Assembly (NCBI RefSeq): GCF_009914755.1
Contig: NC_060928.1
From: the human T2T-CHM13v2.0 reference genome, Homo sapiens
DNA length: 64,000 nucleotides
Direction: 5' to 3' (one strand)
The translations under genes were made by a program, and so were the position numbers. Numbering within the stretch: position 1 is the first letter of the stretch; the number at the start of each line of letters is the position of its first letter. Below, piece by piece: positions 27,052 to 41,712 of the stretch. The notes under the pieces are model-generated. The model was not told the DNA's origin and did no database searches. It worked only from the letters and a program-made list of their open reading frames with translations.

Positions 27052-27134
27052 TATATGTTGGTATGTCCTTAATTTTAAGAGGAAGCAAGGAGAAAGTAAA
27101 AGAATATGAAAAGAGATATTCTTAAATTATAAAA

Positions 27135-27290
27135 CATGCACTAGATTTAATGTCTGTAGTTCTACCACTGAGTGGCTGTGTGAGTAGATCACTTGAGGAT
27201 AGATCACTTGAGCTCTTCTTGATAGATTGTCTGAGTTATTTGAGACTGTTTTCTTCTTTATCAAATGAAGGTGTTAATATCTATCAGAGT
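27135..27290 (+). mobile_element. MIR fragment with an internal duplication of TAGATCACTTGAG
   Basis: TCTACCACTGAGTGGCTGTGTGA...TTTCTTCTTTATCAAATGAAG. Confidence 0.45.
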
Positions 27291-27291
27291 G

Positions 27292-28090
27292 GGAAACGCC
27301 CAAATTTCTATCACCTGATGAATGGATAAACAAAATGTGGTATGTCTCTAAAATGGAATGTTATTCAACATTAATAAAGTCTGCAATACAATATGGATGA
27401 ACCATGGAAAATTATACTAAATGAAAGAACTAAGTCATTTAAGATCGTATATTGAATGATTCCATTCATACTAAATGTTCAGAAAAAGCAAATCTATAGA
27501 CACAGAAAGTTGATCAATGGTTATCCAGGGCTGAGGGCTGTGGGGAGCAGGAGAGGGATGGAGGTGGTGGGAAATTTTTGGAGGAGTGAGTAAAATATTC
27601 TAAAATTGACTGTGGTAATGGTTTCACAACTCTGTGATTGTACTAGAAACCACTTGTTATGGACTTAATGTTTGTGTCCTCTCAAATTCATGTGTTGAAG
27701 CTCTAACATATAATGTGATGGTATTTGGGGGAGGTAATTAGGTAATGAGGTTGAGAGGGTACAGCCCCCATGATGGGATTAGTGTCTTTCTAAAAAGAGG
27801 AAGAGACCTGAGCTCACACTCTTTCTGCCATGTGAGGATACAGAGAGAGGGCTACCACCTGTAAGTCAGGAAGAGGGCCCTCACCGAATATTCCAGCACC
27901 TTGATCTTGGACTTCCCAGCCTCTATAACCATGAGAAATAAATGAAATAAATGTCTGTTATTTAAGCCACCCAGTCTACACTATTTTGTTATAGCAGCCC
28001 AAACTGACAAAGACAATGCAGAATTGAACACCTTTAATAGGTGAATTGTATGATAAGTGGATTATATATCTCAATAAAGCTATTATTTAA
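27292..28090 (+). mobile_element. L1MB-type 3' end, split by MLT1A
   Basis: GATGAATGGATAAACAAAATGTGGTA...GGTGAATTGTATG...TCTCAATAAAGCT. Confidence 0.85.
27655..28015 (+). mobile_element. MLT1A/A0 solo LTR
   Basis: TGTTATGGACTTAATGTTTGTGTCC...GATCTTGGACTTCCCAGCCTC...ATAGCAGCCCAAACTGACAAAGACA. Confidence 0.9.
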
Positions 28091-29348
28091 AAATAATATT
28101 GATCAGAATTGTTGTGAGGAATAAATAATAGAAGGCATCTGAAAGTTCTTCAATGATAAAGAACATCCTATATAATATTGGCTATATAATTATATTTAAA
28201 TTTTCCTTGAAAAGGATATTTTCAGTGCCACCCTGTCAATCCAAAGATATCTAAAATAAGCCCAAAGTCACCAAAACAAGAGGTTGTCACCACTCAACAC
28301 ATGTTCTTCAATTAGCATGTATGACAAATCTGGATACTGTTCCCATGGTACAGTGGCACACCAGGAGTCTATCTCACTGAGATTCAGAGCTCCACCTACA
28401 TTGCTGAAAACTCAGGCAGCATTTACTTTAGATCTTGTCAAACTTCTAATCATCTCACTTCTTGATATCTTACTCTGAACATATATCAATAAAGTGGAAA
28501 AGGATAAATGTGTTGAAAGTTTGCTTTGAACATACGAAATCTACTGTGAAAATAGGGGTAACCAGGTATACATAAAGTAGAAGGGAGATCTTTCTCACAT
28601 AACATAACCATGTTGATTCCACTACTGAAACCCATTTTCCCTTGCATTTGAAGTACGTCTTGGTGAACACAGCTTTTCCTTGTTTCACTTAACAACTGCT
28701 GTTAAAATTTTAGTGACAGAATGAGAAAGTCATTCAATGGAGATTGCCAAATGTCTAATTAGATGATGTTAAAAATCAAAGGAGGAGAATCCAACTGCTA
28801 AATATAATAAGCTAAGGCATAAAATCATGGATGAAAGAGAAAATGGTACCTTCACTTTGTTAAAATGGGGTACATGTATAAGATATTTTCTGCAATTTTC
28901 CATGGATTAAGCCCCTTAGGACTGGTTTATTGACTGACTGAGTTTCTACTCTACGTTGATTTCCCATCTGATCACTAAGATCCAGAATTACTGCAAACTC
29001 ATTCTAACTAAAGGAGAGAAAGGAACCGAATTCGTTTTTGTAAAATTAGAAAAAGTAAAAACCATGAAAGAAAATATAAATAAATTTGATTATCTGAAAA
29101 CTTGTAATTACTTTTCAACAAAAGACACTACACAAAATTTAAAGACAAGAACCAGATTGTGAAAGATATTTGAAACAAATAAGAAAGACAAAATGTTTGT
29201 ATCCAGAATATATGAAAAACTCCTAGAAATTAATGAGAAAAAGATAATCCAATAGGAAAATAAGCGAAGGATATAAAGAAATAATTCATTCAAAAGAAAA
29301 TACAAATGGCCCAAAAAAAAAAAAAAGAAGAAGAAAATAAGCTCACCC

Positions 29349-29632
29349 TGGTGGCTCACGCCTGTAATTCCAGCACTTTGAGAGGCCGAGATGGGCGGTT
29401 CGCCTGAGGTTGGGAGTTTGAGACCAGCCTGGCCAGCATGGTGAAACCCCGTCTCTACTAAAAATACAAAAATTAGCTGGGTGTGGTGGCACACACCTGT
29501 AATCCCAGCTACTTGGGAGGCTGAGGCAGGAGAATTGCTTGAGCCTGGAAGACGGGAGTTTGCAGTGAGCTGAGATCGTGCCACTGCACTCCAGCCTGGC
29601 CAATAGAGCGAGACTCTGCCTCAAAAAAAAGA
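29349..29632 (+). mobile_element. AluS (Sp/Sq-like), ~10 nt short at the 5' end
   Basis: Perfect 18-bp TSD AAGAAAATAAGCTCACCC (29331-29348 and 29633-29650). Confidence 0.95.
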
Positions 29633-29874
29633 AAGAAAATAAGCTCACCCACACTAATAACCAGGGAAATACAAATGAAATCACTAATGATATTTTGTAC
29701 CAGATAGAAAGAACTGTTATCATTTGAAAATACCATGTACTGACAAGGTTTTGTAGAGAGAGGAACCTATTCATCCCGAGTAGCTGTGTAACTTAGAACA
29801 TTCATTTTGCACTGCCTGTTAAAATAAAAAATGTTTATACCTATAACCTATCTTACATCCTTCTAGATATCTTA

Positions 29875-30030
29875 TTTTTTTTATTATTATACTTTAAGTT
29901 TTAGGGTACATGTGCACAATGTGCAGGTTTGTTACATATGTATACATGTGCCATGTTGGTGTGCTGCACCCATTAACTCATCATTTAACATTAGGTATAT
30001 CTCCTAATGCTATCCCTCCCCCCTCCTCCA
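29875..30030 (-). mobile_element. Young L1PA (PA3/PA4-like) 3' terminal ~155 bp
   Basis: TTATACTTTAAGTTTTAGGGTACATGTGCACAATGTGCAGG...TATCCCTCCCCCCTCC. TSD TAGATATCTT / TAGATATTTT. Confidence 0.92.
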
Positions 30031-31763
30031 TAGATATTTTTAAAAAGCTCTAGCACATGCAAAGATGTTTATTTTGAAGTTGTTTGTAATAGTTAATAGT
30101 GGAATTATTAAATAAGATGTTTTATATTCAAGAGATAGAATATTATATAGTAGGTAAAAGGAATGAACGTGTGTATGTGTGTCTGTGTCATCATAGATTG
30201 TTTTGTTTTTAAAGTTATTTGCATAAAATACATAAAATATCATGTAAAAATAATGCTTTTCATATTACAATACAATACTATACATTTTATTAAGATGCAA
30301 ACACATGTATGCTAGATCAGAAACAATCATCCAGAAAAATACAAACAAACTCATGATTGTGAGTACCACTAAGAAGGGGGTGGAGGGAGGACAAGATTTA
30401 GACGGTAGTTGAAGAGAATTTCCACTCTATCCAAAATGTTTTAATTTTTTCAAAAAAGAAAAATGTAGTCATATGTTATGTGTTTTTAAAATATATATCC
30501 AGGAAAAAGCCTGAAAAACAAGTTATAAAAATGTTCAAGTGGGTTTTTTATGGGTGGTAGATATATTCGGGATTGTTATTTTCACATATATGGTGGGGGG
30601 CAGTGTGTGTGGGTGTGTTCTCCAAATTCCTCAAGTTAAAAAAAAAAAAGAGGAAAATGTGGCCACTACAGTTTGATAGTCATATGGAATAACAAACCCA
30701 AATTTTAAAGTGGCCCCAATCTCAAAGTGATAAAAGTACTCTGCACATAAAAGTATGTTATATGGGTGGGATAACCCACTAACTAATCAACTATTATTCA
30801 TTAGATTAAACATTAGATTAAAATCTTTACTAAGCATTAAACTTTCACCTTGAAAATCAGAGAGCAGACCTTGAAGAAATGAGCAGAACTAGATTTTTGT
30901 GATTAAATATTACTACATAATTTGTCTTAAACACTTTTCCTTTTAAAAATGTCAAGATAATTATATGTTAAATATTATCTTAATAAGCCCTAGAAATTCA
31001 GATTTTAATTATAGAATCTTAGGAAACATGAGCTTCTAGCCTCACATCATTTAATTGTGGCCTTGTGGAATTTGCAGGTTACGCCAAAATCCTTCATTAC
31101 CTGGTTACACACTAGTGGACAATATGACATTTTGCTTGGAAATGATATAGGATAATATGATGGAAAATAACTGCACTTTTTCTATTGTGCTTCTCCTATA
31201 AGGCCATAAATAAGTTGAATTGTGCTCCCTTGATTTATGTTTATGACTATTATTATGATGATTTATTTTGGGTTGAGTGCTGACAGTGTGCTGAGTGCTG
31301 TACCAGACTCATAAGAAGAAATGGTTATGCCCCAGAGGCTTACATACCAAGACAAACAATTCAGCCATAAAATACACCAGCTAAGAGATGCTTAATCTCA
31401 GCAGTGCAATGCCTCTTGGAGTTTATATGTAGGTGGAGAAAATTTCCTTCTCCCGGGGAAAGAAGGTTAACGCTCTTTGAAAGACTTGGAGGAGCAGTTT
31501 TCAATAGAGATTTCATACAGGGGTAGGGAAACATCAAAGTGCATGCTATTAGGAGCATAGTAGAGAGGATGGTCGATTGAGGGTTCCCCAGCAAACACAC
31601 AGTTTATGTACTGAGTTAGGTATCGAGGTTATAAGATTGCCCATCAAGGACTTCAGTCTAGTGGGCACACTCGACTGTGATTCCAGATATGTTCAATGGG
31701 CTACTTTTAATATTATAACCACCTTAACCTGTTCTGGAATAATATTGGTTATGGATATCTAAA

Positions 31764-31950
31764 TCAGTGTTTCAGAATGTATGTTTTAAAGAACAATTTG
31801 CTTAAAGGATGTTATTAGGTATGACAAAATTTTAAAATATAGCGGACAAATAAATTTGAAAAATGCGGGGTTAAACAAAGTGAAACAAGGATCTCTATTG
31901 CAAGGATAGTCAGAACCATCAATCAAGCTATGGAAATTGTGAACCTTAGA
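31764..31950. mobile_element. Old hAT-Charlie MER-type remnant
   Basis: CAGTGTTTC start and CAAATAAATTTGAAAAATGCGGGGTTAAACAAAG motif. Confidence 0.4.
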
Positions 31951-32250
31951 GTTTGATTACAAAAAAAAAGTTTGGTAGAGCACTTCATGGGACTAGTACA
32001 CTGGGAAACACATGTTGGGAAAGTTCAGTGGAATAAAGAACAAAAGAGAAAATGAATTTAACTGTGTTTGTTTTAACTGTGATAGCTGTTGGGAACCCTT
32101 TGTCTCCTGATTTGAGTGCTACAAAGATATAACATGCCCTGGTGTCTCTTCCAGCTGAGCTGAGCGAGGCACAATACTCTCCACCACCTTCCAAGCACAG
32201 TTAGAAAGATAAGAGGATAGGGTGAAGCACAATAAATGAGTCTACACATT

Positions 32251-32749
32251 TGTGGTAGCCAGCCCCCTAGATGGTTCCCAGTGATCCCATGCTCCTGGCA
32301 TTCCTGCCCTATGGGAGTCCCCTCCCACAATAAATAGGGCTGGCTTATGTAATCAGCAGGATATTGGAGTGTGACTGTCAAAGCTAGGTCATAAAATACA
32401 TTACAGCTCCTATCTTGCCGTTTTGAATCTCTGGCTCTGGGGAAAGCCAGCTACCCTGCTGTGAGAACACTCAAGCAGCCCAATGGAGAGATCTATGTGG
32501 TGATGAGCAGAGTCCTTCTGCCTATACCGTGTCAGTGAGTCTTCTTGGAAGCAGTAAGTCAAGTCTTTAGAAAATGGCAGCCCCAGCCAACATTTTGACT
32601 GCAACCCTGTGAACAACCCAGAGCCCATACCACCTACAACTGCTCCCAAATTCATGACCCACAAAAACTGTGGGAGATAAAAAATGTCTGTTGTATTAAG
32701 CCACTAAGTTTCGAGGTAATTTGTTACACAGCAATAAATAACTAATACA
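32251..32749 (+). mobile_element. MLT1F-like solo LTR
   Basis: TGTGGTAGCCAGCCCCCTAGATGG...TAAGCCACTAAGTTT...AACTAATACA. TSD ACATT/ACATC. Confidence 0.9.
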
Positions 32750-33595
32750 ACATCCTAGATTTTTCAAGAATTCAAATATGCTGTCTTGTTGTTCATCCAT
32801 GTGTCCTGATTTGGGATTCAAAACATTTGATCACCAGAGATACTCCTTGCCTTGTACACAAGATTAGAGTCACTAAACTTCAATCAATACTAAGGCCAAA
32901 ACAGCATTCAAGAAATGATCTACATGGCATTCCTCAAGAATATATGACCACCACCCACTTCACCAAAAACCTCTATTTCCTAGATGGGGCTGGCCAGCTT
33001 CTCAATGAACTGATAAAATCACAGCGATAACTATCAAGATCTTTTGAAAAATAGGCCCATTGACCAGGCTACTGAGAGTAAGAAAGTGGCCTCCACTATA
33101 AAGGTTGACACTGACACTGTCTAAACTCCACTATGCGGTAAAGCAAAAGGATCAAGGCTCTTACACTGAGTTGAGGTAGTAGAACCAAATCCAGCTCTCC
33201 CCTGTGGAACATTAAAAGGGAGGAAATTGAATAGGGTCCAAGGATAAAGGCAAGGTTGGGGGAAGGGAAACAATACAAAGGGTCTGAAATGACCTGTGCA
33301 GAGACATGAAAACATGCTACAAGGCAAAGGAGCCTGGAATCAAGGTAACCCACGCAGAGCAAACTGGCCTAGAAGGGCAAACCCTAGGTCAGCAGTAGGA
33401 CCCCTGTGGAACAGAGCTGTGAAGGGTGCTAGGCAACTTTGGAAAGAGGGTGATCCAACCCAGATGTGTGAAAAATTCCCAGATCACACAGGATAAGCAG
33501 TCTTACCTGGAAGGGAAAGGGCAGGTTAGGCAAGAGAAGTGCCAAGTAGTGGTTCATAGACCACATGGAAGCAACATGCTCTAAAGAAACTATGA

Positions 33596-34408
<813 letters not shown>

Positions 34409-35566
34409 TCATGGGAACCACTGTTCCCATTTTAAAAGTTTGGGAAACACATGGCTGTCTAGCTGAGTATGGATTTCTAGGTGGAGAGGTAAACAGTGAG
34501 AAAATAACCCAGGACATCTGGATCACAGGTACCCCAACACAAAAGCAGGAGGTGTCTAGGTATCTACCCATCTACTTTAGCAACATTGGCAATCTTTTAA
34601 GGAATTCTGCACAAATAAGTTGGAATTATTTTCTCCCATTGCACCGAGTCCAGAAATAGTCCATGACCAATGATCCATTACAGCTGCCGGTAGAAATAAA
34701 TTTGCTTGAAACTTCGCAACAGGCTCAATACACAGTCTTGCCCATGGAAACATACATAACGGTAATCGGTATTCCTCTCCGGGCCCAGACCTGGTGGATA
34801 ATTACAATTAAGCTTCAATGGATTAGCTGCCAGCGGGACAGTAGATAGTGAGTAGTATTTTACATCTCTACTTTTTCAGCAAATTTGGGCATGTGGAGTT
34901 TTTTTTTCCTTCTCCATGGAAAACAAAGAAGTTATTTCCAATTAATTCAGGAGAACATTAAAATTACTGAGAATTGTACTGTTTCCCATGGCAGGATGAA
35001 TGAGGTACAGAGTGACTCTCCTTATTGTGTTAGAAATGCAAGGGTCACTCACATTACTTACAGAGCCCCTAGTTTACATTTTTCAATTAGGAGATAATCA
35101 GTATGCCATTATGAGTAAAAATTGTTGGAACGATCTTTTGGCTGTATATTTTAACCAGCAAATCTTTGGGGAAGGTTTGATTGAAAGTATGACAGGAGAA
35201 CAAGGCAAGTTATACTGATGATAAATAAGAACAATTATCACACTTATTATCTGATAAATAATTTATTGTGATTTGCCATGAATCCATCTCAAGCCACCTC
35301 CTAGATGAAAACACACCCCAAAGACTGACTTCTTCAGCTTTTCCCATGTCATGTCAGAAATTCTTGCCTGAAAAACACAAAGGAAGCATTGCCTGGAATA
35401 TAAAGGCCTGTCACTACATACTTGATCATTTTAATCAGTTGCAGATAAATTACGCCCCTTATATAAATAGTAAATCAGTACTTCTTTCTCAGCTTTAAAA
35501 AAAAAAAAAATCTGTGAGAAGCTGTTTTGAAGAGAAGCCATAGCTCAATACTTAGGGATCTGTTTT

Positions 35567-35948
35567 GTTTTTTGTTTTTGTTTTTTATGTAATTTCAACT
35601 TTTATTTTAGATTCTGGGAGTGTATGTGCAGGTTTGTTACATGGGTATAGCATGTGATGCTGAGGTTTGGGATACAAATGATCCAGTTGCCAAGGCAGTA
35701 AGCATAGTACCCAACAGCTAGTTTTTCAACCTTGCACCCTCTCTGCCTCCCCCATCCATTAGTCCCCAGTGTCTATTGTTGCCATTTTTATGTCCATGAG
35801 CACCCAATGTTGAGCTCCCGCTTCTGAGCGAGAACATGCGCTATTTGGTTTTCTGTTCCTGTGTTGATTCGTTTAGGATAATGGCCTCCAGCTGCATCCT
35901 CATTGCTGAAAAGGACATGATTTCATTCTTTTTTATGGCTATGTAGTA
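35567..35948 (-). mobile_element. L1PA13-16-like 3' end
   Basis: CAACTTTTATTTTAGATTC...GTTTGTTACATGGGTATA...AGCATAGTACCCAA. TSD AGGGATCTGTTTT / AGGAATCTGTTTT. Confidence 0.9.
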
Positions 35949-36789
35949 AGGAATCTGTTTTAAGTGTTGTCTTCCATGCTTCCCATACATTTTTAGTCAA
36001 TGCCTACAGCATATTCCTGATTTCAGATAGTACATACTGTTATAAGAGGATTACTAAATTCTTCACGGCATTACATAAATTCAATTGGTAAGGATTGGTT
36101 AAACCTAGTAAAATCATTCTAAATGTTGGAGATCAGTGAAAAATGTTGATTCCTCTGTTGCACTCTCCTTTTTGGCAATTCCCCCCAATAAGCATACATG
36201 TGTTATTTTCAAACTTGATAAGCAATATAGACCTTTTGGGCATACAGATTATATTTTCCTACTGACTTCATCCTCTAATATCTTGAAAAATAATATTAAT
36301 ACTATGTTTTCCTTTTGAGCCCTCAAAGAGAGAGACACCATGGTGACTGTCATTCAAAAATGAGGTGTTAATTCTACCGCTTCTTTTTTGTGTGTGTAAT
36401 TTTTGTTCTTTTTCAAAAATGAATTTCAAAAACAAGTAAATTAATTTGATTTTATATTATTTATCTCTGATAATAAACAAATATTCTTTGTTAGGTTTTG
36501 TTCCCCATGCTTTTTTTCTCTCAGCATTTTTGGTCACTGCTTTGCTATTATTTACGTAGTCATCCTACCTATAAGTTTGGATTCATTTCATAAAATTTTA
36601 GGAAAATTTTTAATTACTGGATCATTAATATTAGGCAGAAATCCATGTGTCATTATCAGAAATTACAAACTAGTATTACTTGTTGTGGGCTTCACTGTTA
36701 GGGAACTGATATATGGCCCTGAGACGTCAAAGGGTCGCCCTCTGCCTTCAGGTATCTGGAAGAGATTTTAAAAAAAAACTTTTAACGGT

Positions 36790-36900
36790 CTGTTGAGAAT
36801 GTGGCTATAAAACCATTCATGCAATTTGACATCCTCAGAGTCAGGAAATTCTTCCTCATAGCTAACCAAATCCCTCCAGCTGCAATAGAAGTCCATTTCA
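36790..36900 (-). mobile_element. L3/CR1 remnant
   Basis: GTCAGGAAATTCTTCCTCATAGCTAACCAAATC resembles the CR1 3' region. Confidence 0.4.
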
Positions 36901-39674
36901 AATTTGGTTTTAGGACTAGGAGACTCATTAAACTCTTATTTTGTAGATGAAGGAAAGGTGGTAAAGACAAGACACCACAGTGTTCTTATCTTCATTATTT
37001 CCTTGGCAATGAACAAAGCCAAAAAACAGCTTCTTGGTAGGCATTTCTTATCCACAGTTAGAAAATTTTTTATCCTCCATCATGAGGTGAGCCAGGATCA
37101 ATTAATAGCCCAGGCAGTAAGCATAGTACATCCCTGAAAGACCTCAGCCCCACACGCCTTACAGAGTAAAGCAGAATGGAGTTATGAGCATCCTTCATGG
37201 CAATATAGTATAATTTTAAACAATGGACAAGTTCCTAGATTACACTCAATTTAAAAACAATGCAAGAGTGCTACTTTACCTAATATAGCCAATCCCCAAT
37301 ATATCATACATAAGTTTCAAAATCTCTCTGTACATAGAATCACAGGAACTGATTAAAGAAAGGTAAAGGAACTGGGAGAGAAAAATCTATGCAGTTTTCT
37401 CTTGTCTGACACGAGAAATAGATGTGAAATACATGTCACGAATGCAAATCAGGACAACTGAAGGTCTCGTCATAATGTAGCATTCAGTATTTTAATGTCA
37501 ACATCATGAGAATTCAAAACAGAGAAATATTTTTCTCTTTCTCCCTCCTATGTCTGTCTATTATATATGTATATATCTGTCTATGTATGTGTGTGTGGTC
37601 AGACACCACAAATATAGTACTGGTAAAAAAATAATAACAAATAGCACAAAAAAGGAGTATTTTACTCTTTTCTGACCAAAATTAATATGAGTTTCTTACA
37701 GGTGTTTTCCTCTTTTTAAAAGATAATCCACTTTGAAAACTGATAATCCAGTTCTTCCCCATCCAGAAGCTCTCAGGGAAATTTGGTAGATGGCATTTGA
37801 TTTACAAAGACTAGCAGAATGCTCATGGGCAGATCCTTCTGTTTGAAGCAATTCCAGAGTTGTCCCTTCTGTGAAAATGCTTGAGATAGAACATTCCAGC
37901 ACTCCCTACCAAGCAGAACAAAGCTCACATTTTACACAATTCCAGATATCCTCGGGCCTCCCAAGTTACCACCTGTGATTTGGATCTAAGCAAACAGAAA
38001 GCTAAAAGAGGAGACAAATCATCAGTAAATCTCTTAGGTGCTGATCCACAAATACTAGGAGCCAAGGGAAATAACCAGGAAGGTCTTGAAGTGATGCTAC
38101 CAGAAAGGGAATTATGATCTGGTTGGCACTGGGGAACCTGTTAGGATAAATCAAATGACTGAAATGTCAATACTGAGGAACGCAATCTGTGAAGAGAGGA
38201 CAAAGAGGTGGGAAAATGAGGGCTTGCGCTGTAGATCAAAAAGAGTTGGACTTGCAATGAAATACAGATGGATGATAAAGGAAGTAGCAATGCTGAAGCT
38301 GTATGAGTTAAGGTAAAAGAAATATACGAAATAAAGGGGAATTAGCAGTGGGTGTCCTCTGTGCACTACTAAATCACGATGAACTCACTGATAAATTACT
38401 GTAGAGGGAAAAAAACAGATACCCATGTCCCCATAAATAAATAAAATGTAGCATGCAGTATAAATCTCTGCATATATGTCTCGCCTCTCCCTGCTGCTAC
38501 CTACTAAAATTCTCCAGCATCCTCCTGCTCCTTTTCCTCTTAACTCCCGAATAAGTGGGGGTGCTAAAACCCTTGTTTAACTTCTGTCCTTCGAATAAAT
38601 GACGATATTCTTGGTTTCAGTCCTCCAGGTCCCTCAGGCACACTTTGACCACTCTTGAGTTTAAAGGCACAATATACATAAACCAAATATAAGTAAAATG
38701 CTAAATGAAAAGATCACAAAACTCTGCTACTCTAGATTTCAATTACTGAGACATTTCTTAAGGGATAATAAAAAGAGCAAAATTCAGGTCATCCGGGAAT
38801 TTTTAGAGCTGTGTTGCTGTTAGTTGCTTGTTTCATAAAGTGGAAAGGGCAGCTAGAGGTGAGGCAATTTGGGCCTGCTCACGACAAATAAGGAAGAAAC
38901 AATCAGGAATCTGGAGGTGAAGGTCACTTGGGAGCGTGACCTGATTCCATTTGCTATGCTGAGAGGAGCCTTATTTGTGCAACTTCTCACAGATACACAA
39001 AATAGGAAAAAGGTGAAGCCATAAGAGAGAATTCTGCCCTGAAAGTCAAAACTCACAAGGGAAAAATCTGTGAAGCAAAATTACACTGTGAAATGTCATC
39101 TCTAAAGGGCTTAAACAAGAACTGTGATAAATGTTATTACTCTGCAGTGCCATAAGGGTGTTGAGGACTCAATCACTGCTCTGATTTTGCCCAACAAGTT
39201 CAAGAAGGCAGTTATAGGAAAACAGACCCTGTTCCAAAATGCTTTCAGGGCTAAAGGCTGCAGGAGAGAAGCAAAATGGGAAAACCACTAATACAGCCAT
39301 CAAGCTCACAAAAACTTTGGATCATCACTGCCTCGTTGCACTCTTGGGTTTAAAGGCACTATAAGGTCAGTGTAAGCAAAGGATAAATAAAGTCAAAGGT
39401 CAGAGAGGTCCAGAAAATATCCAGTCAAGAACCAAACGACAAATCGCCTAAACCAATCTTTAAGACTGATTTTCCTAAAGATCTCAGCAAAACAGTTGCA
39501 AGAAACCCCCTAAAGTCATTCCAAGATCAGGCAAGTGTGTCTAAGACTGGAGAAAACAGCTGCACTTCTAATCTAGGATACAGATAAAAGAGTATCCAAA
39601 CAGTTACAAATTAACACCCATGGGGATGGTTCCCAGATATGTGCTCACAGAAACTTTACAAAATGCATGTGTGA

Positions 39675-39968
39675 GGCCGGGCGCGGTGGCTCACGCCTGT
39701 AATCCCAGCACTTTGGGAGGCCGAGGCAGGTGGATTACGAGGTCAGGAGATCGAGACCATCCTGGCTAACACGGTGAAACCCCGTCTCTAATAAAAACAC
39801 AAAAAATTAGCTGGGCGTGGTGGCGGGCGCCTGTAGTCCCAGCTACTCAGGAGCCTGAGGCAGGAGAATGGCGTGAACCCGGGAGGCGGAGCTTGCAGTG
39901 AGCCGAGATCATGCCACTGCACTCCAGCCTGGGCTAAAGAGCGAGACTCCGTCTCAAAAAAAGAAAAA
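39675..39968 (+). mobile_element. AluY
   Basis: Near-consensus AluY. Perfect 16-bp TSD ACAAAATGCATGTGTG. Confidence 0.97.
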
Positions 39969-40004
39969 ACAAAATGCATGTGTGTGTGCTTGTGTGTATA
40001 TGGG

Positions 40005-40009
<5 letters not shown>

Positions 40010-40037
<28 letters not shown>
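40010..40037. repeat. (TA)n microsatellite
   Basis: Directly visible. Confidence 0.95.
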
Positions 40038-40041
<4 letters not shown>

Positions 40042-40949
40042 CACCAGTCATGTCGTCTTGTGCTCTAGCTGCAATGCAAAAGAGACAGATTTTAATGAGT
40101 TGAGAGTGTTATTTTAAACATTTTTTCATACTTTGTTTTTACCTTTGAAATAGTTCAACCTCAAAACTATATTATCCAAGTTGTGATCAAGCCTTCCCAG
40201 GCTGCAGTCACCCTAATGAGGTCCTCCATGAAGGGGCCATAAATTAAGGGAGGGATCTGTGGGTACCATGAAAGAAAAGGTCAGAAAGGGTCAAATAATT
40301 CAAAGAGGGAGCTTGCTTCCCAAACTTTCCGTGTGTACTTGGACAACTAGGTGTGAAAAAGGAATGTTCTCTCCCAGTGAACAAGGACACTTCCAAACTT
40401 ATTAGTAAGTCAAAACTACTACCAAAAGCAAAATGGAAGACTTTGGGCTCAGGTCAGGGCTTCCCCACTAGAGATGACAAAAGTCGACCCTCATATACTT
40501 GCATAAATTGATAAGGAAAGATGCAAATGACAAAGTAACTTTTTTAAAAAAGAAAGTTATAGAACAATATGTACAGTCTGATTGCATTTTGGCTTAAAAA
40601 GAGCACAAGTTATAAATTATGTATTTTATGAGCATAGAAAAGGATCTGAAAAAAATACAAAAATTTTTAACAGCGTTGAGTAAAAGTGGGATTAGAGGGA
40701 GGACTTTCATTTTTATGTGATTCATTTCTGTATTTTTAAAATTTTTATTATAATTGCCCTATTTTCATAACTTTAAAAAACAACTTTAATATTCTCATAA
40801 TTCAACTTTGGGACTTCCTAGCTGCCTTTTATGGTTGTTTGTTAAAATAAAATAACTTTTATCCATTCAACTTTTCATGGACTCTCTTAAGCTCAGGAAT
40901 TTACCTTCTCTATGAAAAAGAGAAAAACTGGGTTAATGCTCCAGGTTAA

Positions 40950-41351
<402 letters not shown>

Positions 41352-41359
41352 TAAAAAGA

Positions 41360-41712
41360 TTATTAAGATAATTAACAAAATTTGAATAAATAATAGATTT
41401 ACTACTATTGTCAATGTAGTTTATTGATTTGTATGACTTTACTATGGTTATATAAGAGAACGGTGAATATTTAGGCATAAAGGGGCATCTATCTTGTCTT
41501 TTACTTACTTTCAATTAGGTCAGAAAAAACATATAGACATAGAGAGATAGGTATGGATACACACACACAAAGAGAAAGAAAGAGAAAACGAATGTCTGAA
41601 TACCAGCAAAATGTTAACATTTAGGCAATCTGGATGGAGGTTATACCAGAATTATTTGTACTATCTTTGCAACTTTTCTATAAGTCCAAAATTATTTCAA
41701 AATAAAGTTTTA
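41360..41712 (+). mobile_element. L1MC4/L1ME-type 3' end
   Basis: GCAAAATGTTAACA...TTTGTACTATCTTTGCAACTTTTCT...ATTATTTCAAAATAAAG. Confidence 0.7.

Larger units (their letters stand above)
29040..30600 (+). mobile_element. Old L1M (MC/ME-type) fragments hosting younger Alu and L1PA inserts
   Basis: ORF2-end-like motifs TATCCAGAATATATGAAAAACTCCTAGAAATTAAT and GAAATACAAATGGCC. Confidence 0.65.

Noticed and set aside
29108-29774. 143-158 aa ORFs, and similar ORFs at 11948, 33687, 40971, 44953, 45889 and 46883
   Set aside because: Typical Alu-derived reading frames with no evidence of being genes.
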